DNA of 64,000 nucleotides from Croceivirga sp. Its GTDB lineage: Bacteria > Bacteroidota > Bacteroidia > Flavobacteriales > Flavobacteriaceae. Made by a program: the position numbers and the translations under genes. The notes below the pieces were generated by a model that searched no databases, was not told where the DNA came from, and saw only the letters and a program-made list of their open reading frames with translations. Shown here piece by piece: positions 50,194 to 61,043 of this stretch. The stretch's first letter is position 1. Each line of letters opens with the position of its first letter. The stretch spans positions 4,344 to 68,343 of the forward strand of contig JBHJJC010000064.1 in assembly GCA_050042945.1 (NCBI GenBank), given 5' to 3'.

Positions 50194-52998
50194 CTATCTA
50201 GGTCTAATGTTTTGACTGCGTTGCTCCCATTTCAAATCGCTTAGAATGGAACTGCTAATTCCTATAAAAAAGTCCCAACGTTCATTACGGCCGAAAGGCA
50301 CCCAATTGAAACGTAGGTCAAAGCTTTTCAGGTTTCGACGAAAGCGCAACTGTGTTTGGGCAAAGCCCTTTTGCACAAAGTCATAGCCCGACGAGAGTCC
50401 AACGTCCCACCGTGGCGAGAGTTGCACATCTCCACCGAACATTAATGAGGCATTATTGACTTCGTTTTGCCGATTTGAGTTCAAATAGCCTAAAGCAAGT
50501 TGAATATTAAGGCTCCATGGTATAGTAGTACCATAAATAGGGTTTTCAATATCGGCGTCATCTTTACCCTCATAACTAGCACGTTCATCAAAACCTGCAC
50601 CGAATAGATTATCGGTACGCCCTCCACTTTGAGCGCGGTATTGATCGCTCGCTTCTCGCGCATCATCTTCTGGCTCCCCTGTTTTTTTAAAGGTCTCATT
50701 GCTCAATGAATACCTTAAGTTCAATGTGGCCCTGGTGAGTCGCAGCAGACCGCCTCCATTTTCGATGTTAAAGGTGTTGATTCGTCTACCGTTATTATCA
50801 ATCGTGTAGGGGTCTAGGCTTCCATTAAAGTTGACGCTCATCTTGTTATCAAGTAAAGAGGTCCCTCCATTGAAACCAATGGGTGCCAGTTTTAGCGAGT
50901 CAGCCTCAAAATTATAGGCTGTTGAAAAGTTGAGATTGCTTAGAATAGGTATTTTTTTTGGTTCTATTACCGTTGAATCTTTGTCCCTGACCTTGGCCTC
51001 AATGGTATTTTGAAGGGAAAAAGAAATCGAATTTGAGCGATTTAAAGTGGGAGCACCATTCAATGTACCTTCAAATCTACTGTACTGAACTTCCTCACCA
51101 TCATTGTCTAAGTAGGTATCGTAGAATTGCTCGAAAGATGGGGTGATGCCCCAACCAATTTGTGGTCGCATTACATGACGAATGGCCTGTATTTTTTTGT
51201 CTTCCCCAAAATTAAAGGTTCCATAGAGTGTTGTACCAATACTGGCACTGAATCCATAGCGATTGAATCGGTCAAATCCACTAATCGTATCTAAAACAAC
51301 TTCCCTATTACTTTCGGGGTCTTCCGGGTCAAGTCCTCGTTGAAATGTTTCAAAGGCCCACACATCTTCATAATTTCCTCCGACCGAAATACTGAAATAT
51401 TTTGCCACTTTAAAGTTGGTGTTGAAAGGCAAAGTGTGCCTCGCTCCCATTCGCGCATTCTCGAACATACGGCCGGTCAGAAAATCTTCGTCATTGGTGG
51501 TGATGCGATTCTCCGCCCGCATTTGGTATTGAAAGTTAAAGTTCTTTATAAGACCGCGCTTGATACCATCGCGGGGCGCAAAAGGAAAGATACGCTCCAT
51601 ACTGGCCTGTAAGGTTGGTAATGTCAATGAAATATTATCAGCATCGGGATCTCGGTTTGAACTGGTATTTTGATTGTGCGATGCGGTTAGGTTTAAATTT
51701 ACGGAAGGGTACTCAGGAAATGTTTTTGAATAGGTAATTGAAGAGGATAAATTATTGTTCTGTGTATTCTGAACATTGACTTGATTAAAAGAATTTGTAA
51801 AAAATTCGCTACTCCCTAGGTTCACACTGGCCGAAAATCTAGAATTTGGATTGGCTTTTGCATCTTGTGAATGGGAAATTTGGATATTGTACACTGTGGT
51901 GCGACTAAAATCATCGAAACCCTTTTGACTAAAAATCTGATTTTCAAATCGAAAATTTATATTTCCTCGAAAGCGATATCGCTTAGAATAAATCGATTGT
52001 GTACGAAAAGCGTAGCTACCATTGGTAAAAAAGTCGCCCATAATACTAAAGTCGACATAGTCGCTAATCGGTAGATAATACCCCCCATTCTGGATAGCGA
52101 AACCCCTTCTGGGGTCTTGGGTGAATGTTGGAAATATTAGGCCTGCAGTTCTTCCCTTGCTTAACGGAAAATAAGCAAAAGGCAACGCAATCGGTGTGGG
52201 CACATCCACCAGGTACATATTGCTATAGCCAGCAATTATCTTTTTCCCAGGAACAAACTTTGCCTTTCTGATTCTAATGTAGTAATCTGGATCTAAAGTG
52301 TCTTTGGAAGTGGTCAGTTTACCATCCTTCATGAAGTAAACCGAATCGTTTTCTTTTTTGGTGACCTCGGCCAGCACCTTCATTGAATCCGAGCCTAACG
52401 AACCGGCACCTGCATTTTGTTCGGTTCTCGAATTCCATATCAATGCTTTTTGGGTATCAAAATTGAATCGGATCGAATCGGGGATTACAATTTGATCACC
52501 TTGTTTGAAATAGGGTAATTGTGTATATGTTCCCGTAGAGTCTTTTATTCTACCTGCATATACCTCGTTTTTGACATAATCCATGACAATGACACCGGCC
52601 TTTAATTCCGTGTCTTGGTAATAGATTTCAGCTTCATCATACAGATAGATTTTCTGGTCTTTTTGGCTCAACTTTACATAATCTTTGGCTTTGTATTTTA
52701 TCGTCCCCAATAACAGTTTTTTCTTCGGAGCGGTAGAATCGATTGCCATAGAATCGACCAAAATGGAATCTCCCGTAATGGTTGCAGGTGGCAAAGGAGC
52801 CACAATGGAGTCTTGAATACGCTTTACGGGTAGAGGCACAATACGGTCTTCTTGGGCCAAAACCATTTGGCCCATCAGTACCAAAAACAATAGGATAAGG
52901 AAATGGGGTTTGTTTGTTTGCAAAGCGATAAATCCTATTTTTGTAAAGGTTTGGCGTACTTTTTGGTGGTCAAACTTACATATATTTTTCGTTCCCAT
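50194..52998 (-). CDS. large outer-membrane protein, LptD/OstA-like (putative LPS-assembly protein)
   Basis: 934 aa with a signal-like LILLFLVLMGQMVLAQ. The long beta-strand-rich body resembles the Bacteroidota 'putative LptD' family. It is divergent from the amidase gene. The call is by resemblance only. Confidence 0.5.
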   Translation of the reverse strand: MGTKNICKFDHQKVRQTFTKIGFIALQTNKPHFLILLFLVLMGQMVLAQEDRIVPLPVKRIQDSIVAPLPPATITGDSILVDSMAIDSTAPKKKLLLGTIKYKAKDYVKLSQKDQKIYLYDEAEIYYQDTELKAGVIVMDYVKNEVYAGRIKDSTGTYTQLPYFKQGDQIVIPDSIRFNFDTQKALIWNSRTEQNAGAGSLGSDSMKVLAEVTKKENDSVYFMKDGKLTTSKDTLDPDYYIRIRKAKFVPGKKIIAGYSNMYLVDVPTPIALPFAYFPLSKGRTAGLIFPTFTQDPRRGFAIQNGGYYLPISDYVDFSIMGDFFTNGSYAFRTQSIYSKRYRFRGNINFRFENQIFSQKGFDDFSRTTVYNIQISHSQDAKANPNSRFSASVNLGSSEFFTNSFNQVNVQNTQNNNLSSSITYSKTFPEYPSVNLNLTASHNQNTSSNRDPDADNISLTLPTLQASMERIFPFAPRDGIKRGLIKNFNFQYQMRAENRITTNDEDFLTGRMFENARMGARHTLPFNTNFKVAKYFSISVGGNYEDVWAFETFQRGLDPEDPESNREVVLDTISGFDRFNRYGFSASIGTTLYGTFNFGEDKKIQAIRHVMRPQIGWGITPSFEQFYDTYLDNDGEEVQYSRFEGTLNGAPTLNRSNSISFSLQNTIEAKVRDKDSTVIEPKKIPILSNLNFSTAYNFEADSLKLAPIGFNGGTSLLDNKMSVNFNGSLDPYTIDNNGRRINTFNIENGGGLLRLTRATLNLRYSLSNETFKKTGEPEDDAREASDQYRAQSGGRTDNLFGAGFDERASYEGKDDADIENPIYGTTIPWSLNIQLALGYLNSNRQNEVNNASLMFGGDVQLSPRWDVGLSSGYDFVQKGFAQTQLRFRRNLKSFDLRFNWVPFGRNERWDFFIGISSSILSDLKWEQRSQNIRPR

Positions 52999-53055
52999 GG
53001 TGTGGCCTTACCATAAATTTAACCCATTGGGAAAGCCCAAAAATGACTCGTTTTC

Positions 53056-54318
53056 ATGATTAAAAGCCGAACATATTTTTCCGTTTTACTTGGTCTGGTT
53101 TGTGTTCTTTTTTCCTTCCGCAAGAATGAGACCAAACCTTCGCCAAAAGAAAAATTCATTGTGGTATTGGATGCCGGTCATGGGGGGCACGATCCGGGGA
53201 ATCTTGGGAATGGCTATTTAGAGAAAAACATTGCTCTTAATGTAGTCTTAAAGGTGGGCAAACTACTAGGGGGTAAAAACAATATTGAGGTCATTTACAC
53301 GCGTGATAATGATACTTTCGTCGACCTTTTTGAAAGAGGTAAAATTGCCAATCAGGCCAACGCTGACCTTTTTGTTTCTGTGCATTGCAATGCCCATAAA
53401 TCAGAGGCCAATGGGGCCGAGACCTTTGTTTTGGGTCTCAATGGAAATACAAAAAACATGGAGGTGGCCAAAAAAGAGAATTCGGTGATTTACCTTGAAG
53501 ATAACTATGAAGAAAAATATAGCGACTACGATATAAATGCCCCAGAGTTTGTCATTGGTTCGACTATTCTGCAAGAAGAGTTTCTAGATCAAAGCATTTC
53601 ACTGGCCAAAATGGTGCAAGAAAATTTTGTCAAGAAGCTGGGTAGAAAAGATAGAAAGGTGAAACAGGCGGCCTTTATCGTATTACATCAAACTTTTATG
53701 CCCAGTGTTCTGGTGGAGCTAGGTTTCTTGACCAATAAGAGTGAAGGCTCTTATCTCAACTCAGAGAAGGGCCAGAAAGAAATGAGCACGGCAATAGCCA
53801 ATGCCATTTTAACCTATAAAGATGGGGTAGATGCCAATCTTATAGCGGTGGAAGCCATTCAAGACGCTCCCCTGTTAAGCAAAGAAGAAGTAATAGTAGG
53901 TCAAGCTAACGTGGACCAGAAAACAGAACCTAAAAAGGAACCTACTAAAACCTTCTCCAAAGAACAACCCAAGGAAGAATTGCGGTCCATAACCCAAACC
54001 CAAAAGGCCGAAAAAGAAACTAGTACTCAAGGGTCTTCAGATAAGCCGTCTAACATAACTTTTAAAGTACAGCTATTGGCCAGTTCAAGAGTTATTCCAC
54101 TACAACCTGAGAATTTTAATGGACTGAGGCAACTTACCTCTGAGCCCTACAGTAATATGTATCGCTATTTATACGGAGAGGCAACAAGTTATAAAGTGGC
54201 CAAGCAACTAAAAGCCGAAGCGGATACGAAAGGGTATACGACCTCTTACATTGTTGCGTATAAGAATGGCACACGGATTGACCTCAAAGAAGCTTTAAAA
54301 TCCCAATCGACGCAGTAA
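53056..54318 (+). CDS. N-acetylmuramoyl-L-alanine amidase (Amidase_3) with C-terminal SPOR-like domain
   Basis: VVLDAGHGGHDPGN, SVHCNA and GFLTN are present. A low-complexity linker is followed by a SPOR-like region (FKVQLLAS...YRYLYGE...). Confidence 0.88.
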   Translation: MIKSRTYFSVLLGLVCVLFSFRKNETKPSPKEKFIVVLDAGHGGHDPGNLGNGYLEKNIALNVVLKVGKLLGGKNNIEVIYTRDNDTFVDLFERGKIANQANADLFVSVHCNAHKSEANGAETFVLGLNGNTKNMEVAKKENSVIYLEDNYEEKYSDYDINAPEFVIGSTILQEEFLDQSISLAKMVQENFVKKLGRKDRKVKQAAFIVLHQTFMPSVLVELGFLTNKSEGSYLNSEKGQKEMSTAIANAILTYKDGVDANLIAVEAIQDAPLLSKEEVIVGQANVDQKTEPKKEPTKTFSKEQPKEELRSITQTQKAEKETSTQGSSDKPSNITFKVQLLASSRVIPLQPENFNGLRQLTSEPYSNMYRYLYGEATSYKVAKQLKAEADTKGYTTSYIVAYKNGTRIDLKEALKSQSTQ

Positions 54319-54367
54319 GTCTCTAAAAAATATTCCTAATTTTGTTAGAAACTGAAAATCACGTCAA

Positions 54368-55327
54368 TTGAAGTTATCTAGGGAAGTTAAGACCGGAATT
54401 TTAGTCTTATTGGGCATTCTTGCTGTCATCATGGGCTTTAGTTATTTGAAGTCTTCCTCAATTTTTGACAACTCCCGAACATTCTATGCGATTTACGACC
54501 ATGTTGGCGGGTTGCAAACGGGTACCCAAGTATCGTTGAACGGATTGGTAGTGGGTAATGTCAGTAGTATTCGCTTTAAAGATGGTTCGGGCAAACTTCT
54601 GGTCACGTTTGTGGTAAATAATGATTTTGAGTTCTCAAAGAACAGTAAGGTTGAACTCTTTGATACCGGAATCATCGGTGGTAAAGGACTACAATTGATT
54701 CCTGCTTTCGATCGTGGGCCAAACGCCCAATCGGGTGACACTTTACAAACTAGCACAAAACCGGGTCTCACTGAATTGGTACAACAGAATCTGACACCAC
54801 TACAGCAAAGTCTTGAAAGTACGTTTTCTGATGCAGACACCTTATTGACCAATATAAATTCAGTTCTTGATAGTAGAACAAAGATGGAATTGCAACGGAG
54901 TATTGCAGGGTTAAATGAGTTAATCAGCACTTTTCAAGGTACAGCCACCAAAATGAATCGTCTTCTCGCTGACAATGGCGGCCAATTGGATAGTACATTG
55001 AAAAGCGTAAATACCATTACTCAAAATTTTTCTCAAATATCCGATTCGTTGGCAAAGGCTGGTTTGGGCAAAACAGTTGCCGATTTTCAAAATACCGTTA
55101 CCAGTCTTAACAAAGTGTTGGCAAAAATAGAACGGGGAGAAGGTACTTTGGGCAAAATGGCGAATGACAACGACCTCTACAATAATTTGGCCGAGGTTTC
55201 AAGGGAATTGGATTTATTACTTCAAGATTTCCGTTTAAATCCTAAGCGCTACGTCAATGTTTCCGTCTTTGGGAAAAAACAAAAGGATTATGAACTACCA
55301 GAAGAAGATCCTGCCAGTAACAATTAA
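54368..55327 (+). CDS. MlaD/MCE-family protein
   Basis: KLSREVKTGILVLLGILAVIMGF is an N-terminal anchor, followed by the MCE domain (GLQTGTQVSLNGLVVGNVSSI). The only start before the anchor is the TTG at 54368. A TAatTTTG box lies at 54337-54344. Confidence 0.85.
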   Translation: MKLSREVKTGILVLLGILAVIMGFSYLKSSSIFDNSRTFYAIYDHVGGLQTGTQVSLNGLVVGNVSSIRFKDGSGKLLVTFVVNNDFEFSKNSKVELFDTGIIGGKGLQLIPAFDRGPNAQSGDTLQTSTKPGLTELVQQNLTPLQQSLESTFSDADTLLTNINSVLDSRTKMELQRSIAGLNELISTFQGTATKMNRLLADNGGQLDSTLKSVNTITQNFSQISDSLAKAGLGKTVADFQNTVTSLNKVLAKIERGEGTLGKMANDNDLYNNLAEVSRELDLLLQDFRLNPKRYVNVSVFGKKQKDYELPEEDPASNN

Positions 55328-55340
55328 ATCACTATAGTTC

Positions 55341-55374
55341 ACAAAATTTATTATGCATGCATAATAAATTTTGT
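55341..55374. terminator. perfect 34-nt AT-rich palindrome (terminator or operator)
   Basis: The sequence acaaaatttattatgcatgcataataaattttgt is fully self-complementary. It sits 14 nt after the mlaD-like stop and 23 nt before the next ATG. Confidence 0.5.
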
Positions 55375-55397
55375 AATTTTGAAGTTTAATTGAAGCC

Positions 55398-56726
55398 ATG
55401 ACGACATATATCCCCAATATTCTTTTTGCCTGTGCTTTAGCTCTAGGGACTGGATACTTCTCCCTGAATATAAAAAAGCTGATCAGAAACATAAAGCTAG
55501 GTCGTGATGTTGAAGTAAATGACCAAAAAGGGCAACGTTGGAAAAACATGGCCAGGATTGCTTTAGGGCAATCCAAAATGGTCGTTCGCCCAATCGCAGG
55601 ACTCATGCATATTATTGTCTATGTTGGTTTTGTAATCATCAATATTGAAGTGCTTGAAATCATAATTGACGGCCTTATCGGTACCCATAGAATTTTTTCG
55701 TTAATGGGCGGGTTCTACGATTTTTTGATTGGCTCTTTTGAGGTATTGGCTTTTTTGGTCATCGCGGCGGTAATCGTTTTTTGGTTACGCAGAAATGTTG
55801 CTCGATTACAGCGTTTTATAAAACCAGAGATGGAAGGATGGCCTAAAAAAGACGGTAATCTTATACTTTATATCGAATTGGTATTAATGTTTTTGTTCTT
55901 GACCATGAATGCTACTGATTTTCAGCTACAGCAAATGGGGTCAGAGCATTATTCCAAAGCGGGAGCTTTCCCAATAAGTCAATTTATGGCGCCCTTGTTC
56001 GAAGGGATGTCTGAAAGCACATTGATATTTGTTGAGAGAACTGCCTGGTGGCTGCATATTTTAGGGATACTGTTCTTTTTGAATTACCTCTATTTCTCTA
56101 AGCATTTGCATATTCTTTTGGCTTTTCCCAACACGTACTATGGTAAACTAAGCCCTCAAGGACAATTTTCCAATTTAGAATCCGTCACGAATGAGGTAAA
56201 GCTCATGATGGATCCCTCAGCTGACCCCTTTGCAGCTGCTCCGGAAAGCGATACCGAAGAACCGGAAAAATTTGGGGCTTCCGATGTTATGGACTTAAAT
56301 TGGGTGCAATTGATGAACGCCTATACCTGCACCGAATGTGGCCGCTGCACTTCAGAATGTCCGGCAAATCAAACGGGTAAAAAACTGTCTCCACGAAAAA
56401 TATTGATGAATACCCGTGATAGACTTGAAGAAGTAGGGAAAAATATTGATGATAATAAAGGAGATTTTGTTCCTGACGGAAAACAATTGTTGGACTATTA
56501 TTATTCAAAGGAGGAACTTTGGGCCTGTACTACCTGTAATGCCTGTGTCGAGGCTTGTCCGGTAAGTATTGACCCGTTGTCGATTATTATGGAGATGCGA
56601 CGTTTTCTGGTGATGGAACAGTCTGCCGCGCCTACCGAGTTGAACAGTATGATGTCGAACATAGAAAATAACGGTGCACCTTGGCCTTATAACCAAATGG
56701 ACCGTTTAAACTGGGTGAACGAGTAA
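55398..56726 (+). CDS. membrane-bound 4Fe-4S dicluster protein (heterodisulfide-reductase-related)
   Basis: The N-terminal half has hydrophobic helices. The C-terminal half has CTECGRCTSECP and CTTCNACVEACP. Confidence 0.8.
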   Translation: MTTYIPNILFACALALGTGYFSLNIKKLIRNIKLGRDVEVNDQKGQRWKNMARIALGQSKMVVRPIAGLMHIIVYVGFVIINIEVLEIIIDGLIGTHRIFSLMGGFYDFLIGSFEVLAFLVIAAVIVFWLRRNVARLQRFIKPEMEGWPKKDGNLILYIELVLMFLFLTMNATDFQLQQMGSEHYSKAGAFPISQFMAPLFEGMSESTLIFVERTAWWLHILGILFFLNYLYFSKHLHILLAFPNTYYGKLSPQGQFSNLESVTNEVKLMMDPSADPFAAAPESDTEEPEKFGASDVMDLNWVQLMNAYTCTECGRCTSECPANQTGKKLSPRKILMNTRDRLEEVGKNIDDNKGDFVPDGKQLLDYYYSKEELWACTTCNACVEACPVSIDPLSIIMEMRRFLVMEQSAAPTELNSMMSNIENNGAPWPYNQMDRLNWVNE

Positions 56727-56737
56727 AGCAAGCAAAA

Positions 56738-57523
56738 ATGAGTGAAGTACTTGTAGTAAAAACCATGGAGGAATTTACGGCAGAAGGGAAACAACCTGAA
56801 GTGTTGTTTTGGGTAGGTTCTGCCGGTAGCTATGATGATCGGGCCAAAAAAATTTCAAGGGCTTTTGCTAAAATCTTGAACAAGGCCAATGTTGATTTTG
56901 CGGTTTTAGGGCCTGAAGAAAGCTGTACAGGTGATGTGGCCAAACGCGCAGGGAATGAATTTTTATTCCAGATGCAAGCCATGATGAACATAGAAGTATT
57001 GAATGGTTATGAAATTAAACGTATCGTTACCTGTGACCCCCACTCCTTTAATACGCTAAAAAATGAATACCCTAATTTAGGAGGTCATTATGAGGTGGTT
57101 CACCATACCCAGTTTATACAAGAGCTAATAGAAAATGGTCGATTGTCCGTCACCGGTGAAACGTACAAAGATAAACGTATCACATTTCACGATCCATGTT
57201 ACCTTGGTAGGGCCAACTCAGTCTTCGATGCTCCAAGGGAAGTCTTGCAGCGCACAAACGCCTCTCTGGTAGAGATGAAACGGCATAAAAAAAATGCCCT
57301 ATGTTGTGGTGCAGGAGGTGCTCAAATGTTCAAGGAGCCCGAAAAAGGGGATATTGATATCAATGTAATGCGAACGAAAGACGCTTTGGAAACCAATCCG
57401 AATATTATTGCGACCGGTTGCCCGTATTGCAATACCATGATGACCGATGGGGTAAAGGCCCATGAGAAAGAAGATAGTGTTACCGTTTTGGATGTAGCCG
57501 AACTTATAGCCAATTCTCTTTAA
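56738..57523 (+). CDS. (Fe-S)-binding protein with CCG cysteine-rich domains (HdrB/GlpC-like)
   Basis: VTCDPH, DPCYLGR, LCCGAGG and TGCPYC are present. Confidence 0.8.
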   Translation: MSEVLVVKTMEEFTAEGKQPEVLFWVGSAGSYDDRAKKISRAFAKILNKANVDFAVLGPEESCTGDVAKRAGNEFLFQMQAMMNIEVLNGYEIKRIVTCDPHSFNTLKNEYPNLGGHYEVVHHTQFIQELIENGRLSVTGETYKDKRITFHDPCYLGRANSVFDAPREVLQRTNASLVEMKRHKKNALCCGAGGAQMFKEPEKGDIDINVMRTKDALETNPNIIATGCPYCNTMMTDGVKAHEKEDSVTVLDVAELIANSL

Positions 57524-57524
57524 A

Positions 57525-58007
57525 ATGTTAGTTGATTTTAATGTATTGCCGGATATCGCACGACTTTGGATTTACCAATGTAATCGTTCTTTTTCAGCGG
57601 ATGAGTTATCGCAAATACAAGCATCGATTAAAACTTTTTTGGTACAATGGACCGCACATGGAGCGCAACTGAAGGCAGGGTATGAAATACCATATAACCG
57701 TTTTATAGTGATTGGACTGGACCAAACCCATAATGGCGCTTCAGGTTGCTCCATTGATGCTTCAGTCCGTTTTATTCAAAATCTTGAACGACAATTTGAA
57801 GTGGATTTATTGGATAAAATGAACGTCTCCTACAAACAAGGCGAGTTCGTGGCTTATAAACCATTGAAAGACTTCAAGAAAATGGCTAAAGCGCGAGCAG
57901 TTTCCAAAAAAACCATAGTCTTCAATAATTTGGTCGCTACGAAGCAAGAGTATTTGGAACATTGGGAGGTGCCCGCTTCAGAGAGCTGGCATGCACGTTT
58001 TATGTAA
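57525..58007 (+). CDS. conserved hypothetical protein
   Basis: 160 aa, with its start 1 nt after the upstream stop. I can assign no catalytic motif. I recall similar sequences in Bacteroidota beside this Fe-S gene pair. Confidence 0.6.
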   Translation: MLVDFNVLPDIARLWIYQCNRSFSADELSQIQASIKTFLVQWTAHGAQLKAGYEIPYNRFIVIGLDQTHNGASGCSIDASVRFIQNLERQFEVDLLDKMNVSYKQGEFVAYKPLKDFKKMAKARAVSKKTIVFNNLVATKQEYLEHWEVPASESWHARFM

Positions 58008-58099
58008 TTTCATTAGTTAAAAATACGCTTACACCACATTTTTAGGGCAGTTCTCGACCAAATGCATATTTTTGGTACTTACCTTGAGCTCATTTTTTT

Positions 58100-61015
58100 A
58101 TGATTCAAAAATTCGCTTGCTTTTTCCTTCTGTATTTTATAATGTGTTTTTCATTCGGTCAAAATAGCCCATTGGTGACCAGTGATACTTTGGCACAGAC
58201 AAAATGGGTAGATGCAGTTTATGACAGTATGAGTGATGACGAGAGGGTTGGTCAACTTTTTATGGTAAGCTTGTCTTCCAACCAAAGTCAAAATGCCATT
58301 GTAGGTATTCAAAAACTGGTATCACAAGAACATTTAGGGGGAATTATATTCTCAAAGGGAGGCCCTGTCCGTCAGGCGAAATTGACCAATAGGTTACAAG
58401 CAGCTTCCAAGTTTCCCTTGTTGATAGGAATGGATGCGGAATGGGGCCTGGCCATGCGCTTGGATTCAACCTATGCCTTTCCATGGAATATGACCTTAGG
58501 GGCTATACAAAACGATTCCATTGTAGAAGAAGTGGGTTACCGAATAGGAATGCATGCAAAAAGGTTGGGTGTCCATATCAATTTTGCCCCAGATATAGAT
58601 GTCAATATTAATCCGAAGAACCCTATCATCGGGAACCGCTCCTTTGGGGAAGATGTGGATAATGTTGTCAATAAGGGCGTTGCCTTTATGAACGGAATGC
58701 ATAGGGCAGAAGTACTCTCGTCTGCAAAACATTTTCCAGGCCACGGTGATACGGCTACTGATTCGCACCATGCGCTTCCATATTTGGATTTTACCAAAGA
58801 GCGCTTGGATAGTGTGGAGCTGAAACCCTATCGAAAATTGATTTCTGAAGGCGTTTCAAGCATAATGGTCGGTCATTTGGATATTCCCAGTTTGGAACCC
58901 AAACCAGGACATCCCTCCTCCCTATCAAAAAGTATCATAACCGATGTATTGAAAAAGGAATTTGATTTTAAGGGATTGGTTTTTACGGATGCATTAAACA
59001 TGAAAGCTGTTTCTGAATTTGCCTCTGAAGGTGAGGTAGAGCTTTCCGCTTTCAAGGCAGGAAACGATATGTTATTGATGCCTACAAACGTAGCCAATGC
59101 TAAAAGGAAAATATTGGAAGCATTGGAGATGGGCACAATATCTGCAGCCCGGTTGGAAACTTCGGTGAAGAAAATATTACAAGCAAAATACAAGTTAGGG
59201 TTACATACCTATGAACCGGTCAAAGTTGATGCCCTAATTGACGATTTGAATACTGTCGAAGATGATTTGATTTATGAAAGAGCCATTGAGAGTGCAATTA
59301 CGGTGGTCAAGAATCGATTTTCATTGATTCCGATTCGAAAATTAGATAATAAGAAGATTGCATACGTCAAGTTTGGTGAAGATAGTGGAGAACACTTTGT
59401 AAAAACCTTGAAAAGGTTTGGCGATGTTACTGAGATTAACGCAAAAGAAATGGCCGAGTATCGCGATAAAATCAGGCAATACAATTTGGTCATCATTGGC
59501 TTACATAAAAGTAATGACAGCCCTTGGAAAGGGCATCGCTTCTCTGAAAACGAACGGTTTTGGTTACAGGAAATCGCTCGGATGCGCACCCACAATACCT
59601 TGCTTACTGTTTTTACCAAGCCATATGCGCTTCTTGATATTGTTAACTTTGATGCTATTGATGGTGTAGTTGTTTCGTACCAAAATAGTAAGATGGCCCA
59701 AGAGAAAACGGCGGAATTACTTTTCGGTGCCATAGGGGCAACTGGTAAACTGCCCGTTACTGCAAATTCAATATTTCCAGTGAATATGGGAATCACTACT
59801 AAGGCGATTTCACGATTAGGTTACAGTATCCCTGAACGGGTTGGGCTAGATTCCCGTAAGTTGGCCCAAGTTGATACTTTGGTAAGGCATGGATTGGATT
59901 CGTTGATGTTTCCTGGGGCTCAGGTATTGGTCGCGAAAAAAGGAAGAGTGGTATATCATAAGAGTTTCGGCAAACCAACTTATGATTCCAACGATAGCAT
60001 ATCAGAGAACCATATATATGATTTGGCCTCGGTAACCAAAATTTTGGGAACACTGCCATTGGTCATGAAAATGGAAGAAGAAGGTAAATTGAAATTAAAT
60101 GATACATTTCAAGATTTAGTGCCTGAATATCAAAAGTCTGAATTGAAGGACGTAACCGTGTTAAAGGCATTGTCGCATTATGGTCGTTTGCCCGCTTGGA
60201 TTGCATTTTACATCGATACGTTAAACGAAAGTCGAAAACCCTCTGAATTGTTTTACAAGCGTTTTCCCACAGATGACTATTCCGTTAAAGTCATCGACGG
60301 CATGTATTTAGCCAATTTTTATAAAGATTCCATATATAATCGGATTGGCCGTCAAGAATTGAAATCAAACCGTTACCGCTACAGTGATGTTTCGTATTAC
60401 GTAATGAAAAAATATATCGAAGATTATTACGGTAAAACATTAGACATATTACTGAACGATTTCTTGTTGAAACCTATGGGAACTGTACGTTTGTTGTATA
60501 ATCCAACCGATAAATTCGACAAAAAAGAGATAGTGCCTTCCGAAGAAGATAATTATTATCGTTATCAAACGGTTCAAGGCTATGTTCATGATATGGGTGC
60601 CGCTATGCAAGGCGGTGTAGGGGGGCATGCTGGCCTGTTTGGTACGGCAAACGATGTCGCAAAGATCATGCAGATGTACTTGCAAGGGGGTTATTATGGA
60701 GGCAAGAGATATCTGGACTCCCGAACGGTGAAAAAATTTAACACCTGCTATTTTTGTGATAAGAAAGTTCGAAGGGGAGTTGGTTTCGATAAGCCTCAAT
60801 TAGAGGAACAAGGCCCGACTTGTGGGTGTGTTTCGAGGGAGAGTTTTGGCCATAGTGGATTTACGGGAACGTATACTTGGGCCGATCCGGAAGAAGAACT
60901 GGTTTATGTATTTCTTTCCAACAGAACCTATCCAACGATGAACAATACGCTTTTGGTAAAATCGGGTTTGCGCACCCGGATTCAACAAGCTATTTATGAT
61001 TCCATTATCAATTAG
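58100..61015 (+). CDS. fusion protein: GH3 beta-N-acetylhexosaminidase-like domain + class-C beta-lactamase/serine hydrolase domain
   Basis: The N-terminal part has KHFPGHGDTATDSH and FTDAL. The C-terminal part has the SxxK motif (LASVTKILG), YSD and HSGFTG. Confidence 0.85.
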   Translation: MIQKFACFFLLYFIMCFSFGQNSPLVTSDTLAQTKWVDAVYDSMSDDERVGQLFMVSLSSNQSQNAIVGIQKLVSQEHLGGIIFSKGGPVRQAKLTNRLQAASKFPLLIGMDAEWGLAMRLDSTYAFPWNMTLGAIQNDSIVEEVGYRIGMHAKRLGVHINFAPDIDVNINPKNPIIGNRSFGEDVDNVVNKGVAFMNGMHRAEVLSSAKHFPGHGDTATDSHHALPYLDFTKERLDSVELKPYRKLISEGVSSIMVGHLDIPSLEPKPGHPSSLSKSIITDVLKKEFDFKGLVFTDALNMKAVSEFASEGEVELSAFKAGNDMLLMPTNVANAKRKILEALEMGTISAARLETSVKKILQAKYKLGLHTYEPVKVDALIDDLNTVEDDLIYERAIESAITVVKNRFSLIPIRKLDNKKIAYVKFGEDSGEHFVKTLKRFGDVTEINAKEMAEYRDKIRQYNLVIIGLHKSNDSPWKGHRFSENERFWLQEIARMRTHNTLLTVFTKPYALLDIVNFDAIDGVVVSYQNSKMAQEKTAELLFGAIGATGKLPVTANSIFPVNMGITTKAISRLGYSIPERVGLDSRKLAQVDTLVRHGLDSLMFPGAQVLVAKKGRVVYHKSFGKPTYDSNDSISENHIYDLASVTKILGTLPLVMKMEEEGKLKLNDTFQDLVPEYQKSELKDVTVLKALSHYGRLPAWIAFYIDTLNESRKPSELFYKRFPTDDYSVKVIDGMYLANFYKDSIYNRIGRQELKSNRYRYSDVSYYVMKKYIEDYYGKTLDILLNDFLLKPMGTVRLLYNPTDKFDKKEIVPSEEDNYYRYQTVQGYVHDMGAAMQGGVGGHAGLFGTANDVAKIMQMYLQGGYYGGKRYLDSRTVKKFNTCYFCDKKVRRGVGFDKPQLEEQGPTCGCVSRESFGHSGFTGTYTWADPEEELVYVFLSNRTYPTMNNTLLVKSGLRTRIQQAIYDSIIN

Positions 61016-61043
61016 CTTTGAAATATTGCGCTACATTTAGACC

